In this document: in pieces, positions 19,207 through 28,650 of the stretch
Layout: every line of letters starts with the position of its first letter
Position numbering within the stretch: the stretch's first letter is position 1
Source: Candidatus Dojkabacteria bacterium
Lineage (GTDB): Bacteria; Patescibacteriota; Dojkabacteria; SC72
Assembly: GCA_050950145.1 (NCBI GenBank)
Contig: JBMNHB010000001.1
Coordinates: forward strand, 140,266 to 204,265
Direction: 5' to 3'
Length of the DNA: 64,000 nt
Notes under the pieces: generated by a model
The model's input: the letters and a program-made list of their open reading frames with translations, nothing else
The model's database searches: none
Told to the model about the DNA's origin: nothing
Position numbers and translations under genes: made by a program

Positions 19207-20235
19207 ATGGAATTAAAAGATTTTGGTAAAAATTTTGTCTTTATGCCAGATGCAACAAGAGGTGCTGTGAGGTCTTTGACAACAGAGCAACTTAAAGAAA
19301 CAGGAACCGAAGCTATTGTTACAAACACACTACACTTGATGATGAATCCTGGAGAAGAGAATATTAAAAAACTTGGAGGAATTAAAAAATTCATGAATTG
19401 GGGTGGAATAGTATTAACAGATTCTGGAGGTTTTCAAGTATTTTCATTAATTCATTCTCAAAAATGGAAAGGTACAGTTCATGAAAACGGTGCTACTTTT
19501 AAATCACCAACAACAGGTGATTTGTATGAATTAACTCCTGAGAAATCCATAGACATGCAAATGGCTATTAATTCAGATGTTTTGGTTACGCTAGATGATT
19601 GTAGGCAGGCAATATTAGAAAGAGATGAAGCAGAAATGTCTGTTAGAAGGACAATTGACTGGGCAAAAAGGTGTAGGAAGCATTTTGATGAGGTGTATGG
19701 TGGAACAAAAGAGACAGGGAAATTGTTAAGCTGTGTTGTGCAAGGTGCAAATTATTTAGATTTGAGAAAAAAATGTGCAGAAGAGTTAAGTGAGATAGGT
19801 TTTGATGGATATAATTTCGGGGGTTTTGTTGTGACTGAAGGTGGTGAGTTGGTTTTAGAGGAGATGCGAGCAGTTGTTGAAAACACTTCGCAGGATAAGT
19901 TTAAATATGCAATGGGTGTAGGGAAGCCAGAAGATATCAGAATTGTAGCTGAATTAGGTTACAAGGTGTTTGATACTGTTTTGGTGACAAGGAATGCGAG
20001 ACATGGAACTTTGTATTCAGATGATATGGAAGATGGAATATTAAGAATCAAAAATGCTGAATATGCTTTGGATGAAAAACCAATTGATTCTGGTTGTGAT
20101 TGTTATACTTGCCAGCGTCACAGCAGAGCATATGTTCATCATCTGATAAGGGTTAATGAGATAACAGGTTTGGTTTTAGCAACAATCCATAATTTACGGT
20201 ATTACCAAAGAATAATCGAAGACTTAAACCGATAG
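19207..20235 (+). CDS. tgt: tRNA-guanine transglycosylase
   Basis: TDSGGFQVFS, LDDC, VQG, MGVG, TRNARHG, CDCYTC...H Zn site. Confidence 0.95.
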   Translation: MELKDFGKNFVFMPDATRGAVRSLTTEQLKETGTEAIVTNTLHLMMNPGEENIKKLGGIKKFMNWGGIVLTDSGGFQVFSLIHSQKWKGTVHENGATFKSPTTGDLYELTPEKSIDMQMAINSDVLVTLDDCRQAILERDEAEMSVRRTIDWAKRCRKHFDEVYGGTKETGKLLSCVVQGANYLDLRKKCAEELSEIGFDGYNFGGFVVTEGGELVLEEMRAVVENTSQDKFKYAMGVGKPEDIRIVAELGYKVFDTVLVTRNARHGTLYSDDMEDGILRIKNAEYALDEKPIDSGCDCYTCQRHSRAYVHHLIRVNEITGLVLATIHNLRYYQRIIEDLNR

Positions 20236-20240
20236 CACGT

Positions 20241-20266
20241 TAGGGTCTGTCCTAGATCTGTCCCTA
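20241..20266. repeat. left imperfect inverted repeat / REP-like end of the RAYT
   Basis: TAGGGTCTGTCCTAGATCTGTCCCTA; reverse complement closely matches 20743-20768. Confidence 0.65.
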
Positions 20267-20695
20267 GTATTTGCTCCATGGATAATCTTTTGGGTGTTTA
20301 ACTAACCCTTCTACAACTGGGTTCTTTCGTATATATGTTGTTGCTTGTTCTAAATCTTTTTTGTATCTTAAAATATTAGCATTATAACGGCCTTGAAATA
20401 CATGTCCGACTCTTTTGTATTTTTTATTTATCTGCATAGCATAGCTAATAGTTACACTTTGCATAAACTTTGAAATTATCCTAGGATTTTTTCCTGTTTT
20501 AATAATAAGGTGAAAATGATTATCCATAATGCAAAAAGCAATCAATCGAAGATCTGTTTTATAGATATTTTTATAGAGAAGATTGATAAAAAGTTGTTTG
20601 TCTTCTGCGTGTTTTAAGACAGCGTCTCTGTTGTTTCCACGGTTGTATATGTGATAGTAAGAATGAGGTTTGTATGTTCTTGATGTTCTTGGCAT
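20264..20695 (-). mobile_element. REP-associated tyrosine transposase (RAYT, HUH/Y1)
   Basis: YHIYNRGNNR, MDNHFHL (HUH), GHVFQGRY, YIRKNP, YPWS. Confidence 0.88.
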
Positions 20696-20742
20696 GTTTC
20701 AAGGATATCTCATATTTATTAAATCCAGATGAACGAAATAGT

Positions 20743-20768
20743 TAGGGACGGATCTGGGACAGATCTAG
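20743..20768. repeat. right imperfect inverted repeat / REP-like end of the RAYT
   Basis: TAGGGACGGATCTGGGACAGATCTAG, tandem GGGACRGATCT units. Confidence 0.65.
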
Positions 20769-20780
20769 CAAGGTGGTATG

Positions 20781-20809
20781 TTGAGGTAGAGGTAAAAAAA
20801 TGGTATTAT
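20781..20809 (+). promoter_or_regulatory. sigma70 promoter
   Basis: TTGAGG-N17-TATTAT with extended TG. Confidence 0.6.
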
Positions 20810-20814
20810 TACGT

Positions 20815-20970
20815 AATCCTTATGGTAAAAGGATTTTGGGAAAACAGATTTTTGATAAAAGTAAAACATTTTTGAAATTTTATGATTTTTGAAATTTTTG
20901 AAAATTCGTTGTTTTATACTGGAAGGCTTTTTGGGGTCTTTGTTTCCTAAAATCTACCTTTGAGGGGTAT
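20815..20970 (+). ncRNA. putative 6S-like rod-shaped RNA or structured rny leader
   Basis: Long-range pairing GATTTTGGGAAA/TTTCCTAAAATC, GGTA/TACC, TCCTTA/TGAGGG, GTAAAACA/TGTTTTAT with an internal bubble; promoter directly upstream. Confidence 0.45.
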
Positions 20971-20997
20971 GATTAAATTTTTAAAATATGTACTTAT

Positions 20998-22530
20998 ATG
21001 AATATTGGTGTTATTTTACCTATAATGCTAGGGATAGTAATCCTCGCGGTTGTAGTAACTGTATTAGTTTTGAAATATGGTCTTAAGTGGGTGAATATTA
21101 AGGATATTCCAGTAGGTGAGCTTGAGAAAGCTGCAAAGAAAGTGATGGGAGATAAGATGAGCAAAGCTGAGCAAGAGATAGAAGAGATGAAAAATAGAGA
21201 GGAGAAAAGGATTAGGGAGATGAGAAAAGAGAGTACGGAACATGAAGAGATTTTAATTGAAAGAGAAAAGAAGCTGAATAAAAGGTCAAGAATTTTAGAT
21301 GAGAAGAGTGAAGATTTAAATGCCAGAGAGATAAAGTTAAAAAATGGTGTTGAGAGATTGGAGATAGATAGAACTGATCTTAAAAAGGAACTAGAAAAAA
21401 TTTCAGGATTGTCAAAAGAGGAAGCTAGAGAAAAATTAATTGCAGAAGTTGATCAAGACATGAAAGAGTATGAAGCTAAGAAAATTAGACAGGCGGAGAA
21501 GAATATAGAAATGGTTGCAGATGAGAAGGCGCAAAAGGTTTTGGTTGAAGCTATGCAACAAGTAGCTACAGATTATGTGGGAGAGACTACAACAAAGACA
21601 ATTAAAGTTGATGATGAGAAAGTAAAAGGTAGAGTAATTGGAAAAGAAGGTAGAAATATTAGAGCTTTTGAACAGTTAACAGGAGTAGATGTAATTGTAG
21701 ATGAGTCTCCAAATGCTATAGCTCTTTCTTCTTTTGATCCTTTAAGAAGAGAAATTGCATATGTTGCTATGACAAAATTAATCGCTGACGGAAGAATCCA
21801 TCCTGGATCGATAGAAGAGGCTGTTAGAAAAGCAAAGAATGAGATTTCTGTAGAGATTAAGAAGAATGGACAGGTACTTGCAGATGAAGCAGGTTGGCCT
21901 GATATGGATTTAGGGTTAATGAAGTTAGTAGGTAAGATGAAATACAGAAGTAGTTATGGGCAATCTTTAATGTCCCATACTATTGAGGTGATAAGACTAG
22001 CAGAAGTTTTGGCAAGTGAAATAGGTGCTGATGTAGATTTGGTGAAAAAAGCTGCCCTTTTACATGATGTTGGTAAGGTTTTAACTCACAAAGTAGATAG
22101 TCCACATCATCAGATCTCTGGGCAGATAGCTAGGAAATATATGTTAGATGAAAAATTAGTTAATGCAATTGAAGCTCATCACTTAGATATTGAAGCTCAA
22201 AGTCCAGAAGCCGTTATTATTTATCTAGCGGATGCTATTTCTGGTTCAAGACCTGGTGCTAGAAAAGATAGCTATGAGCAATATATTCAGAGAATAGAAG
22301 GAATTGAAACTGCAGCAAAGGAAATAGGTGGAGATAGAATTCAAGATGTGTTTGCAATTAAGGCTGGAAGAGAGATTCGAATTATTGTAAATCCAAAATT
22401 GGTTTCAGATGATGAGGCAGTTGTTATGGCAAGAGATATTGCAAAGGAGATAGAGTCAAAGCAAAGTTATCCAGGTAATGTAGAAGTGACAGTTATTAGG
22501 GAAACAAGAGCAACAGATGTAGCAAAATAG
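20998..22530 (+). CDS. rny: ribonuclease Y
   Basis: N-terminal TM, coiled coil, KGRVIGKEGRNIR KH, LLHDVGK HD domain. Confidence 0.97.
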   Translation: MNIGVILPIMLGIVILAVVVTVLVLKYGLKWVNIKDIPVGELEKAAKKVMGDKMSKAEQEIEEMKNREEKRIREMRKESTEHEEILIEREKKLNKRSRILDEKSEDLNAREIKLKNGVERLEIDRTDLKKELEKISGLSKEEAREKLIAEVDQDMKEYEAKKIRQAEKNIEMVADEKAQKVLVEAMQQVATDYVGETTTKTIKVDDEKVKGRVIGKEGRNIRAFEQLTGVDVIVDESPNAIALSSFDPLRREIAYVAMTKLIADGRIHPGSIEEAVRKAKNEISVEIKKNGQVLADEAGWPDMDLGLMKLVGKMKYRSSYGQSLMSHTIEVIRLAEVLASEIGADVDLVKKAALLHDVGKVLTHKVDSPHHQISGQIARKYMLDEKLVNAIEAHHLDIEAQSPEAVIIYLADAISGSRPGARKDSYEQYIQRIEGIETAAKEIGGDRIQDVFAIKAGREIRIIVNPKLVSDDEAVVMARDIAKEIESKQSYPGNVEVTVIRETRATDVAK

Positions 22531-22564
22531 GGTATAAAACGACTGTCTTCTAGTAGGATATGCT

Positions 22565-22602
22565 ATAGGGGAGAAGAAAATTATATAATCTCCCCTATTT
22601 TT
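22565..22602 (+). terminator. intrinsic terminator after rny
   Basis: ATAGGGGAGA/TCTCCCCTAT stem followed by T run. Confidence 0.6.
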
Positions 22603-22909
22603 AATGAAATCGCGATTTAACAAAATAATTTAAAGGTAAATTGATGTAAATAATACAAAAGTATTGATATAAAAGCACTTCACGGTGGTTCTTAATGAGT
22701 AAAAATTTTGCTTCTAATAAAAATAGAGAATAGGAACCTAAGAATTTACTTGTTAATAAACGGTTTCTTAAAGTCTACGTGTATGGTCCTATAGTTCTTT
22801 ATCACTTGACCAAACCTTCACAATTTCATATTTTAGAAGTGGATATACATAAATATCCTTTGCAAGGGCAATTTGTGTATATATCAAAAAAAGAAAGGAG
22901 GTTACAACA

Positions 22910-23179
22910 ATGTTAAAGAAAGATTTGATTGACAAAATTGCAGCAACAGGCCTCACAAAGAAACAGGCTGGTGCAGCATTAGAGGCAGTATTGGATGCAA
23001 TCTCTGATTCTCTTAAGAAAGGAGAGCCAGTACTCTTGACAGGTTTCGGTAAATTTGAAGTCAGAACAAGAGCAGCAAGAACAGGAATCAATCCTAAGAC
23101 TCTTGAAAAGATTAAACTTCCAGCAACAAAAGTTCCTGCATTTAAAGCAGGAAAAGCTCTAAGAGCTGTTGTCAAGTAA
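22910..23179 (+). CDS. hup: DNA-binding protein HU
   Basis: GFGKFEV..RAARTGINPKT, VPAFKAGKAL; AAAGGAGG SD. Confidence 0.97.
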   Translation: MLKKDLIDKIAATGLTKKQAGAALEAVLDAISDSLKKGEPVLLTGFGKFEVRTRAARTGINPKTLEKIKLPATKVPAFKAGKALRAVVK

Positions 23180-23213
23180 GACTGCCGGTATTTCTTTGTA
23201 GATAAAGAAATGG

Positions 23214-23244
23214 GAAAAGGATCCGTACGGGTCCTTTTCTGTTT
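23214..23244 (+). terminator. intrinsic terminator after hup
   Basis: GAAAAGGATCC-GTAC-GGGTCCTTTTC hairpin plus T-rich tail. Confidence 0.65.
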
Positions 23245-23280
23245 ACTATTGATTGAAAATGCTCTAAACTATATAAGCCC

Positions 23281-24690
23281 ATGTTAAAAGATTTTTTTGT
23301 TCCAACAAATAAGAATAAAAAGAAACCTTATCTATTAAGAAAAATCGCAATTGTTGTATATACAGTTCTTTTGCTTGTTGTAAACTATGCTGGTGGAATT
23401 TTAGGTATAGACCAAGCATACGCTAGTACCATAAGTCCTGCTAATGTAATTGCTTTAACTAATCAAGAAAGGCAAGCAGCAGGATTATCTGCTCTGTCTA
23501 ATAATGCACAATTAGCATCAGCGGCACTTGCCAAAGCCAATGATATGTTTGCTAAACAGTATTGGGATCACTTTGGCCCAAATGGAGAAACACCGTGGCA
23601 ATTTATCAAAGCAGCAGGATACAATTATGTATATGCAGGGGAAAATCTAGGAAAAGGTTTTAGAACAACGGAAGGTTTGGTTGAAGCATGGATGGCAAGT
23701 CCAACACATAGAGATAATATATTAAGCGCAAATTACAAAGATATAGGTGTTGCCGTTGTAGAAGGTGTACTCTTAGAAAAACAGACTATTTTAGTGGTAC
23801 AAATGTTTGGTAATTTAACAACATCAGTACAAGGGAGTGTAGCACCTGCACCGGCACCAACACCAAAAACAACTCCACCTCCAAAGGTAGTGACAGGAAC
23901 ACAGAAAGTTGTAACACCAAAAGAACAAGGTGAAATAAGAAGTATTAGAATAACTTCTCCAGGAATGGGAGAGACTATTACCGACCCATCAACCAATATC
24001 AAAGGAGAAACGACAAATACATCTGGAGAATATACTGTAGGAATATTGGAAAATAATGAACTAGTTGGTTCTACTACAACTTCTGGTAATAATTGGGAGT
24101 TTAGCAAGAATAGTGATTGGAGTGAAGGAGAACATAAAATCATTGCAAACATACAAGGGAGTGACGTTAAGTCAGAGGAAAGCTCTTTTATCGTAGATTC
24201 TAAACCACCACTTATTGTTAAAGAAAGTGTGAATGTTCATAGGTTAACTGATGAATATAAACTTTCTTTTGATATTGACGGAGATTGGTCAAAAGCAGAT
24301 GTGGTTGTTGGATCGGATATATTACCAATTACAGGATTCGGTGGTAAGGAATCTGTAAGTATAAATATTCCTAAAGATAAAGATACAACCATGGTAGAGA
24401 TTATCGTATCAGACAGTGTAGGAAATTCATCAACTCTGGATGTCTCAGAACATTTCAAGGAAGAAGAAAAAGCGACTCTTAAGATAATTCCAACAATGGG
24501 ATTGAGTGTTAAAGATGGTATCAATATTGGGTTGGTATTGTTTGTATTTATACTTCTCTTTGTACAGATAGTTTGGTATCTAAAGAGAGGTAAAATAAAA
24601 GAAGCTACAGGAGATATCTTTACAGTAGGTGTATGGTGGCTTGTTATAGCTGTAGCAATATTTAATGGATTCTCTGGAGTAATTACATAA
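23281..24690 (+). CDS. CAP (SCP) domain membrane protein with Ig-like domain
   Basis: TNQER, YWDH, AGENL, WMASPTHRDNIL; N- and C-terminal TMs. Confidence 0.88.
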   Translation: MLKDFFVPTNKNKKKPYLLRKIAIVVYTVLLLVVNYAGGILGIDQAYASTISPANVIALTNQERQAAGLSALSNNAQLASAALAKANDMFAKQYWDHFGPNGETPWQFIKAAGYNYVYAGENLGKGFRTTEGLVEAWMASPTHRDNILSANYKDIGVAVVEGVLLEKQTILVVQMFGNLTTSVQGSVAPAPAPTPKTTPPPKVVTGTQKVVTPKEQGEIRSIRITSPGMGETITDPSTNIKGETTNTSGEYTVGILENNELVGSTTTSGNNWEFSKNSDWSEGEHKIIANIQGSDVKSEESSFIVDSKPPLIVKESVNVHRLTDEYKLSFDIDGDWSKADVVVGSDILPITGFGGKESVSINIPKDKDTTMVEIIVSDSVGNSSTLDVSEHFKEEEKATLKIIPTMGLSVKDGINIGLVLFVFILLFVQIVWYLKRGKIKEATGDIFTVGVWWLVIAVAIFNGFSGVIT

Positions 24691-24706
24691 ACATGAGTAA
24701 CTGCCT

Positions 24707-25504
24707 ATGAGACAAGAGAGAATAGAAATTAAAAATGAATTACTTTATCTATTTCTAGTACTTCTTGTTACTGAAATCTTTAATGATTCTGTCCTTAGTG
24801 CTAAATTTTCTACAACAGTAATAATTGGCATTGTAGGAATAGTTCTTCTTTTAATATGGTTTACTAGAACATTCAACCTCTATTCTAAAAAGAAAGTTTC
24901 AAAGTACAGTAATGTCTTAATGAAAATATCTTTGCGACAAAGACTATTCTCTTACTTCATACTACCAACAATATTTTACTCTTCCCTTTTAGTTTTTCTC
25001 TTTTTTAATAGAAACGATCTGTTAGGTCATTTCGTAATAGCTATGTGTATGCTCCTCTTACTTATCCTTTTCTTGAATGTAAAAAGTTCTATGAATAAAC
25101 ACTATACATTACATATTGCAACTAAGGCAGTATTTGATTTTATGTGTATAACGACTCTTTATCTCCTATTAAATGCCTTCTTAAGGATAGGGTTTTCTAT
25201 GACAGAATATATGTTACTAGGATTTTTCTCTTCCTTAGTTTTGTATATATTTGTACTAAAGCTACATGACAGGCTTGGTTTAGTTGAAATACTTACAGCT
25301 TTTGCAAGTTCAATATTTGTATCAGTATCTATGATTCCTTTTTGGAATAGAAATATCTTCATAATTCCTGCAGTAGGTGCACTTACTTTTTACTTAATCA
25401 TTTCACTCTGGAATATTAGGTTTTCTGGTAAAGTTAAATTCACAGATTACCTAGCACCAGTTCTTTATGTCATATTTGCAATGGCTTTAATATTTACAAT
25501 GTAA
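24707..25504 (+). CDS. polytopic membrane protein, unknown function
   Basis: ~9 hydrophobic segments. Confidence 0.75.
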   Translation: MRQERIEIKNELLYLFLVLLVTEIFNDSVLSAKFSTTVIIGIVGIVLLLIWFTRTFNLYSKKKVSKYSNVLMKISLRQRLFSYFILPTIFYSSLLVFLFFNRNDLLGHFVIAMCMLLLLILFLNVKSSMNKHYTLHIATKAVFDFMCITTLYLLLNAFLRIGFSMTEYMLLGFFSSLVLYIFVLKLHDRLGLVEILTAFASSIFVSVSMIPFWNRNIFIIPAVGALTFYLIISLWNIRFSGKVKFTDYLAPVLYVIFAMALIFTM

Positions 25505-25508
25505 AGAG

Positions 25509-26216
25509 ATGCACAACAGAGATATTGTGTTGAAAATAGGTGGGTCAATTCTGTATCAAGATAATCAAGATATTAATTTTGATTTGATGGGAAAGATTAA
25601 GAGTTGGTATGTAGGAAATAGGGAACAATATGTTAAAGTTGTAATGGTTACAGGAGGTGGTGCTATGTCAAGAAATCTTCAACAAAGAATGAAGGGGAAT
25701 ATTGCTAATGAAAAGGCTCTTCATACAATTGCAATGTCTGTTACTCAAACAAGTGCTGAGCTTCTAGCAGGGTTTTTAGGAGATCATAATATCTATATAC
25801 CTAAGAAGATAGGGGATGCATACCAATATATGCTAGAGGATGGCTCTAGGACCATTGTAAGTGGTGGTTTGAAAGTAGGCTGGAGTACAGATATGGATGC
25901 AGCTGTGTTTGCAGATATTCTTCATGAGAAAAGAATCTACAAGGTTTCAGATATTGATTACATATATGATAAAGATATTAAGATTTATCCTGATGCTAGA
26001 CCAATTAAAGATATGTCGTGGGAAGATTACTTCCAACTATTTTCTATTACAGATGATGATACTCATCAAGCGAACAGTAATATCCCGATAGATAAAGAAT
26101 GCGCAAGGTTTTGTAGAGTAAAAGGAATGTCGTTTTTTATCTGTGGTGGTAAAAATCTATATGAAAAAGAAAGCTTGGGAGATGTGTTTGCTGATGGCAC
26201 TTTAGTACATCCCTAA
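25509..26216 (+). CDS. pyrH: UMP kinase (archaeal-like type)
   Basis: LKIGGS, VTGGG, GWSTD..AA, DYIYDKD amino-acid-kinase fold. Confidence 0.8.
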   Translation: MHNRDIVLKIGGSILYQDNQDINFDLMGKIKSWYVGNREQYVKVVMVTGGGAMSRNLQQRMKGNIANEKALHTIAMSVTQTSAELLAGFLGDHNIYIPKKIGDAYQYMLEDGSRTIVSGGLKVGWSTDMDAAVFADILHEKRIYKVSDIDYIYDKDIKIYPDARPIKDMSWEDYFQLFSITDDDTHQANSNIPIDKECARFCRVKGMSFFICGGKNLYEKESLGDVFADGTLVHP

Positions 26217-26674
26217 TCAATTTTCGTTATCTTGTAACTATCTACTCCAACAGGTGTAGTTATCTCCACTTTATCTCCTACCTTTTTACCTACAACAGAT
26301 TTTCCAATAGGGGATAGGTGAGAGACTTTCCCTTCTAATGGATTTGCTTCATCTTCACTAACAATCTGATATTCAAGTGTCTTTTCTCCTTCTAATGTTA
26401 CTACATCTCCAATATCTACACTATTTTTTTTCGTTTCTTTTACTATCTTTGCATATTTTATTTTCTCCTTGATTTCTGCAATTCTCTGTTCATTTATATG
26501 TTGTTCTTCAACTGCCATCGTATATCCATCATTTTCACTTAAATCTCCTTGATTTCTCATTTCATTTAAAGTGTTTGCAATTTCCTTCCTTAAATGAGTT
26601 TCTCTTTCTTTCAATTCTTCTTTGAGTTTGTCTAAACCTTCTTTAGTTGTTAGATATTGATTATTTTCATCCAT
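26213..26674 (-). CDS. greA: transcription elongation factor GreA
   Basis: GDLSENDGY tip, EANPLEGKVSHLSPIG. Confidence 0.93.
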   Translation of the reverse strand: MDENNQYLTTKEGLDKLKEELKERETHLRKEIANTLNEMRNQGDLSENDGYTMAVEEQHINEQRIAEIKEKIKYAKIVKETKKNSVDIGDVVTLEGEKTLEYQIVSEDEANPLEGKVSHLSPIGKSVVGKKVGDKVEITTPVGVDSYKITKID

Positions 26675-26781
26675 AATTTCATATTTTTATATAACCGGGT
26701 CTGATGATATACATTAGTATTTTGTATGTCAAGGGTAGCAAATAATGGGGTTAATATGATAAAATTAATACCTAATGAGAT

Positions 26782-26856
26782 GCCGCTATCGTCTAACGGT
26801 TAGGACATAGGATTCTCAATCCTACAATCGGGGTTCGATTCCCCGTAGCGGTACCA
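26782..26856 (+). tRNA. tRNA-Glu (anticodon CTC)
   Basis: Cloverleaf; TAGGA-TTCTCAA-TCCTA anticodon arm; GGTTCGATTCC; encoded CCA. Confidence 0.96.
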
Positions 26857-26879
26857 GTTTAGTTTACTCAACTATATCC

Positions 26880-27986
26880 ATGAAGAATCTCTCTCTTCCC
26901 AATTATGATAATTGTATAACCAACTTAGCTTGCAGTATACAAAAATATTTCAACCTTAATCCAAAACACAAAACAATCCCTGTTCTTGATAAAGTTCTTA
27001 AAGAAACCAAACCTAAGAATGTAGTTGTTCTTCTCTTTGATGGAATGGGTACTAATTTGTTAAAAAGGAAATTAGAGAAGGAGGATTTTTTAATGCAACA
27101 TATGGTAGAAGAATTAACTTCTGTAGTTCCAGCCACAACAACAGCTGCTACTACATCCATGATGACTGGATTAAATCCAGTAGAACATGGTTGGCTTGGT
27201 TGGGATTTATACATTAAACCTGTTGATAAAGTAGTCACTATGTTTATGAATAAAGTTAAAGATACAGGAGAGATAGCAGCAGACTATGATGTTTCAAGAA
27301 CATACTATCCATACAAAACAATTATTCAACAGATAAATGAAGCAGGGGAGTATACAGCTAAAGATTTCTTCCCATTTGGTGAAGATCCATATACAGATAA
27401 TGATGATTTAACTAAGAAGATAGTAGAAGAATGTTCTAAAGAGGGAAAGAAATATCTCTATGCATATCTAATACATCCTGATTCTATGATGCATGATTTA
27501 GGTACAGAAGCTAAAGAAGTTAATGAATACTTTAAAGAAATTGGAGAAATAGTAAAAGGTATTGCAGATCAGTTAGAAGATACTTTAATAATTGTTACAG
27601 CAGATCATGGTCACTTAGAGTGTGAAAATATTCTTCTTACAGACTACCCAGATTTTTTTGAAACTCTTGCTAGGACAACATGGGTAGAGAGCAGATGTTG
27701 TGCATTTAAGGTCAAAGAAGGTAAAGAAAAAGAATTTGAGGATCTATTTGAGAAGTATTTTGGTAAAGACTTTGTTTTGAAGACAAAAGAAGAGGTAATT
27801 GAAAAGAAACTATTTGGTGATGGAGAGGAAAACAAGTTATTTAGAGATTCTTTAGGTGATTATTTAGCTTTAGCTGTTGCAAATAAAGACTTTAGATATG
27901 ATGAAAGAACTAGTGTTCTGAAATCTATTCATGCAGGATTTACAGAAGATGAGATGAATATACCCCTTATATTGATATCTAAGTAA
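26880..27986 (+). CDS. alkaline phosphatase superfamily / nucleotide pyrophosphatase-phosphodiesterase
   Basis: FDGMG, SVVPATT, EHG, DSMMH, TADHGH, terminal HAG. Confidence 0.88.
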   Translation: MKNLSLPNYDNCITNLACSIQKYFNLNPKHKTIPVLDKVLKETKPKNVVVLLFDGMGTNLLKRKLEKEDFLMQHMVEELTSVVPATTTAATTSMMTGLNPVEHGWLGWDLYIKPVDKVVTMFMNKVKDTGEIAADYDVSRTYYPYKTIIQQINEAGEYTAKDFFPFGEDPYTDNDDLTKKIVEECSKEGKKYLYAYLIHPDSMMHDLGTEAKEVNEYFKEIGEIVKGIADQLEDTLIIVTADHGHLECENILLTDYPDFFETLARTTWVESRCCAFKVKEGKEKEFEDLFEKYFGKDFVLKTKEEVIEKKLFGDGEENKLFRDSLGDYLALAVANKDFRYDERTSVLKSIHAGFTEDEMNIPLILISK

Positions 27987-28070
27987 AACAAACAATAATA
28001 ACTGTTTGCCCAAAACCCTCTTTTATGTTAACCTTAATAGGTTCTTACATTATTTTATCCTTAAATTAAT

Positions 28071-28640
28071 ATGAAAAAAGGATTACCAACATGGGCAATA
28101 ATTGTCGGTATCATTGTAGTTGTAGGAGGATTTCTCCTTTCTACTCACAATAGACTTGTACAAGCCAATGAAGAAGTAGATAACCAGTGGGCACAGGTTG
28201 AGAGTCAATATCAAAGAAGATTTGACTTAATTCCTAACTTGGTTGAATCTGTTAAGGGAGCTATGGCTCAAGAAGAGGAAGTTTTCTCTAAGATTGCAGA
28301 AGCTAGAACAAGATACTCATCAGCAGAAACGAGTAGTGAGAAAGCAGAAGCAGCTACAGAAGTTGAGGGTGCACTTGCTAGATTACTTGTTGTTATAGAA
28401 AACTATCCAGAACTTAAATCTCTAGAAACAGTTGACACATTAATGTCTCAGTTAGAGGGTACAGAGAATAGAATTGCTGTTGAAAGACAGAGATACAATG
28501 ATCAGGTAAAAGAATTTAACTCAGATGTTAAAACAATTCCAACTAAATGGATTGCATCTATGTTTGGATTTGAAGAGAAAGCATATTTTGAATCAGTAGA
28601 AGGTTCAGAAGTTGCTCCTAAGGTTGATTTAACTAATTAA
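28071..28640 (+). CDS. lemA: LemA family protein
   Basis: YQRRFDLIPNLVE, ENYPELKS, EGTENRIAVERQRYN. Confidence 0.95.
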   Translation: MKKGLPTWAIIVGIIVVVGGFLLSTHNRLVQANEEVDNQWAQVESQYQRRFDLIPNLVESVKGAMAQEEEVFSKIAEARTRYSSAETSSEKAEAATEVEGALARLLVVIENYPELKSLETVDTLMSQLEGTENRIAVERQRYNDQVKEFNSDVKTIPTKWIASMFGFEEKAYFESVEGSEVAPKVDLTN

Positions 28641-28650
28641 ACAATCTTAA

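Noticed and set aside
22603-22909. ~300-bp AT-rich intergenic region as a possible oriC
   Set aside because: No convincing TTATCCACA box cluster; more likely the hup promoter region
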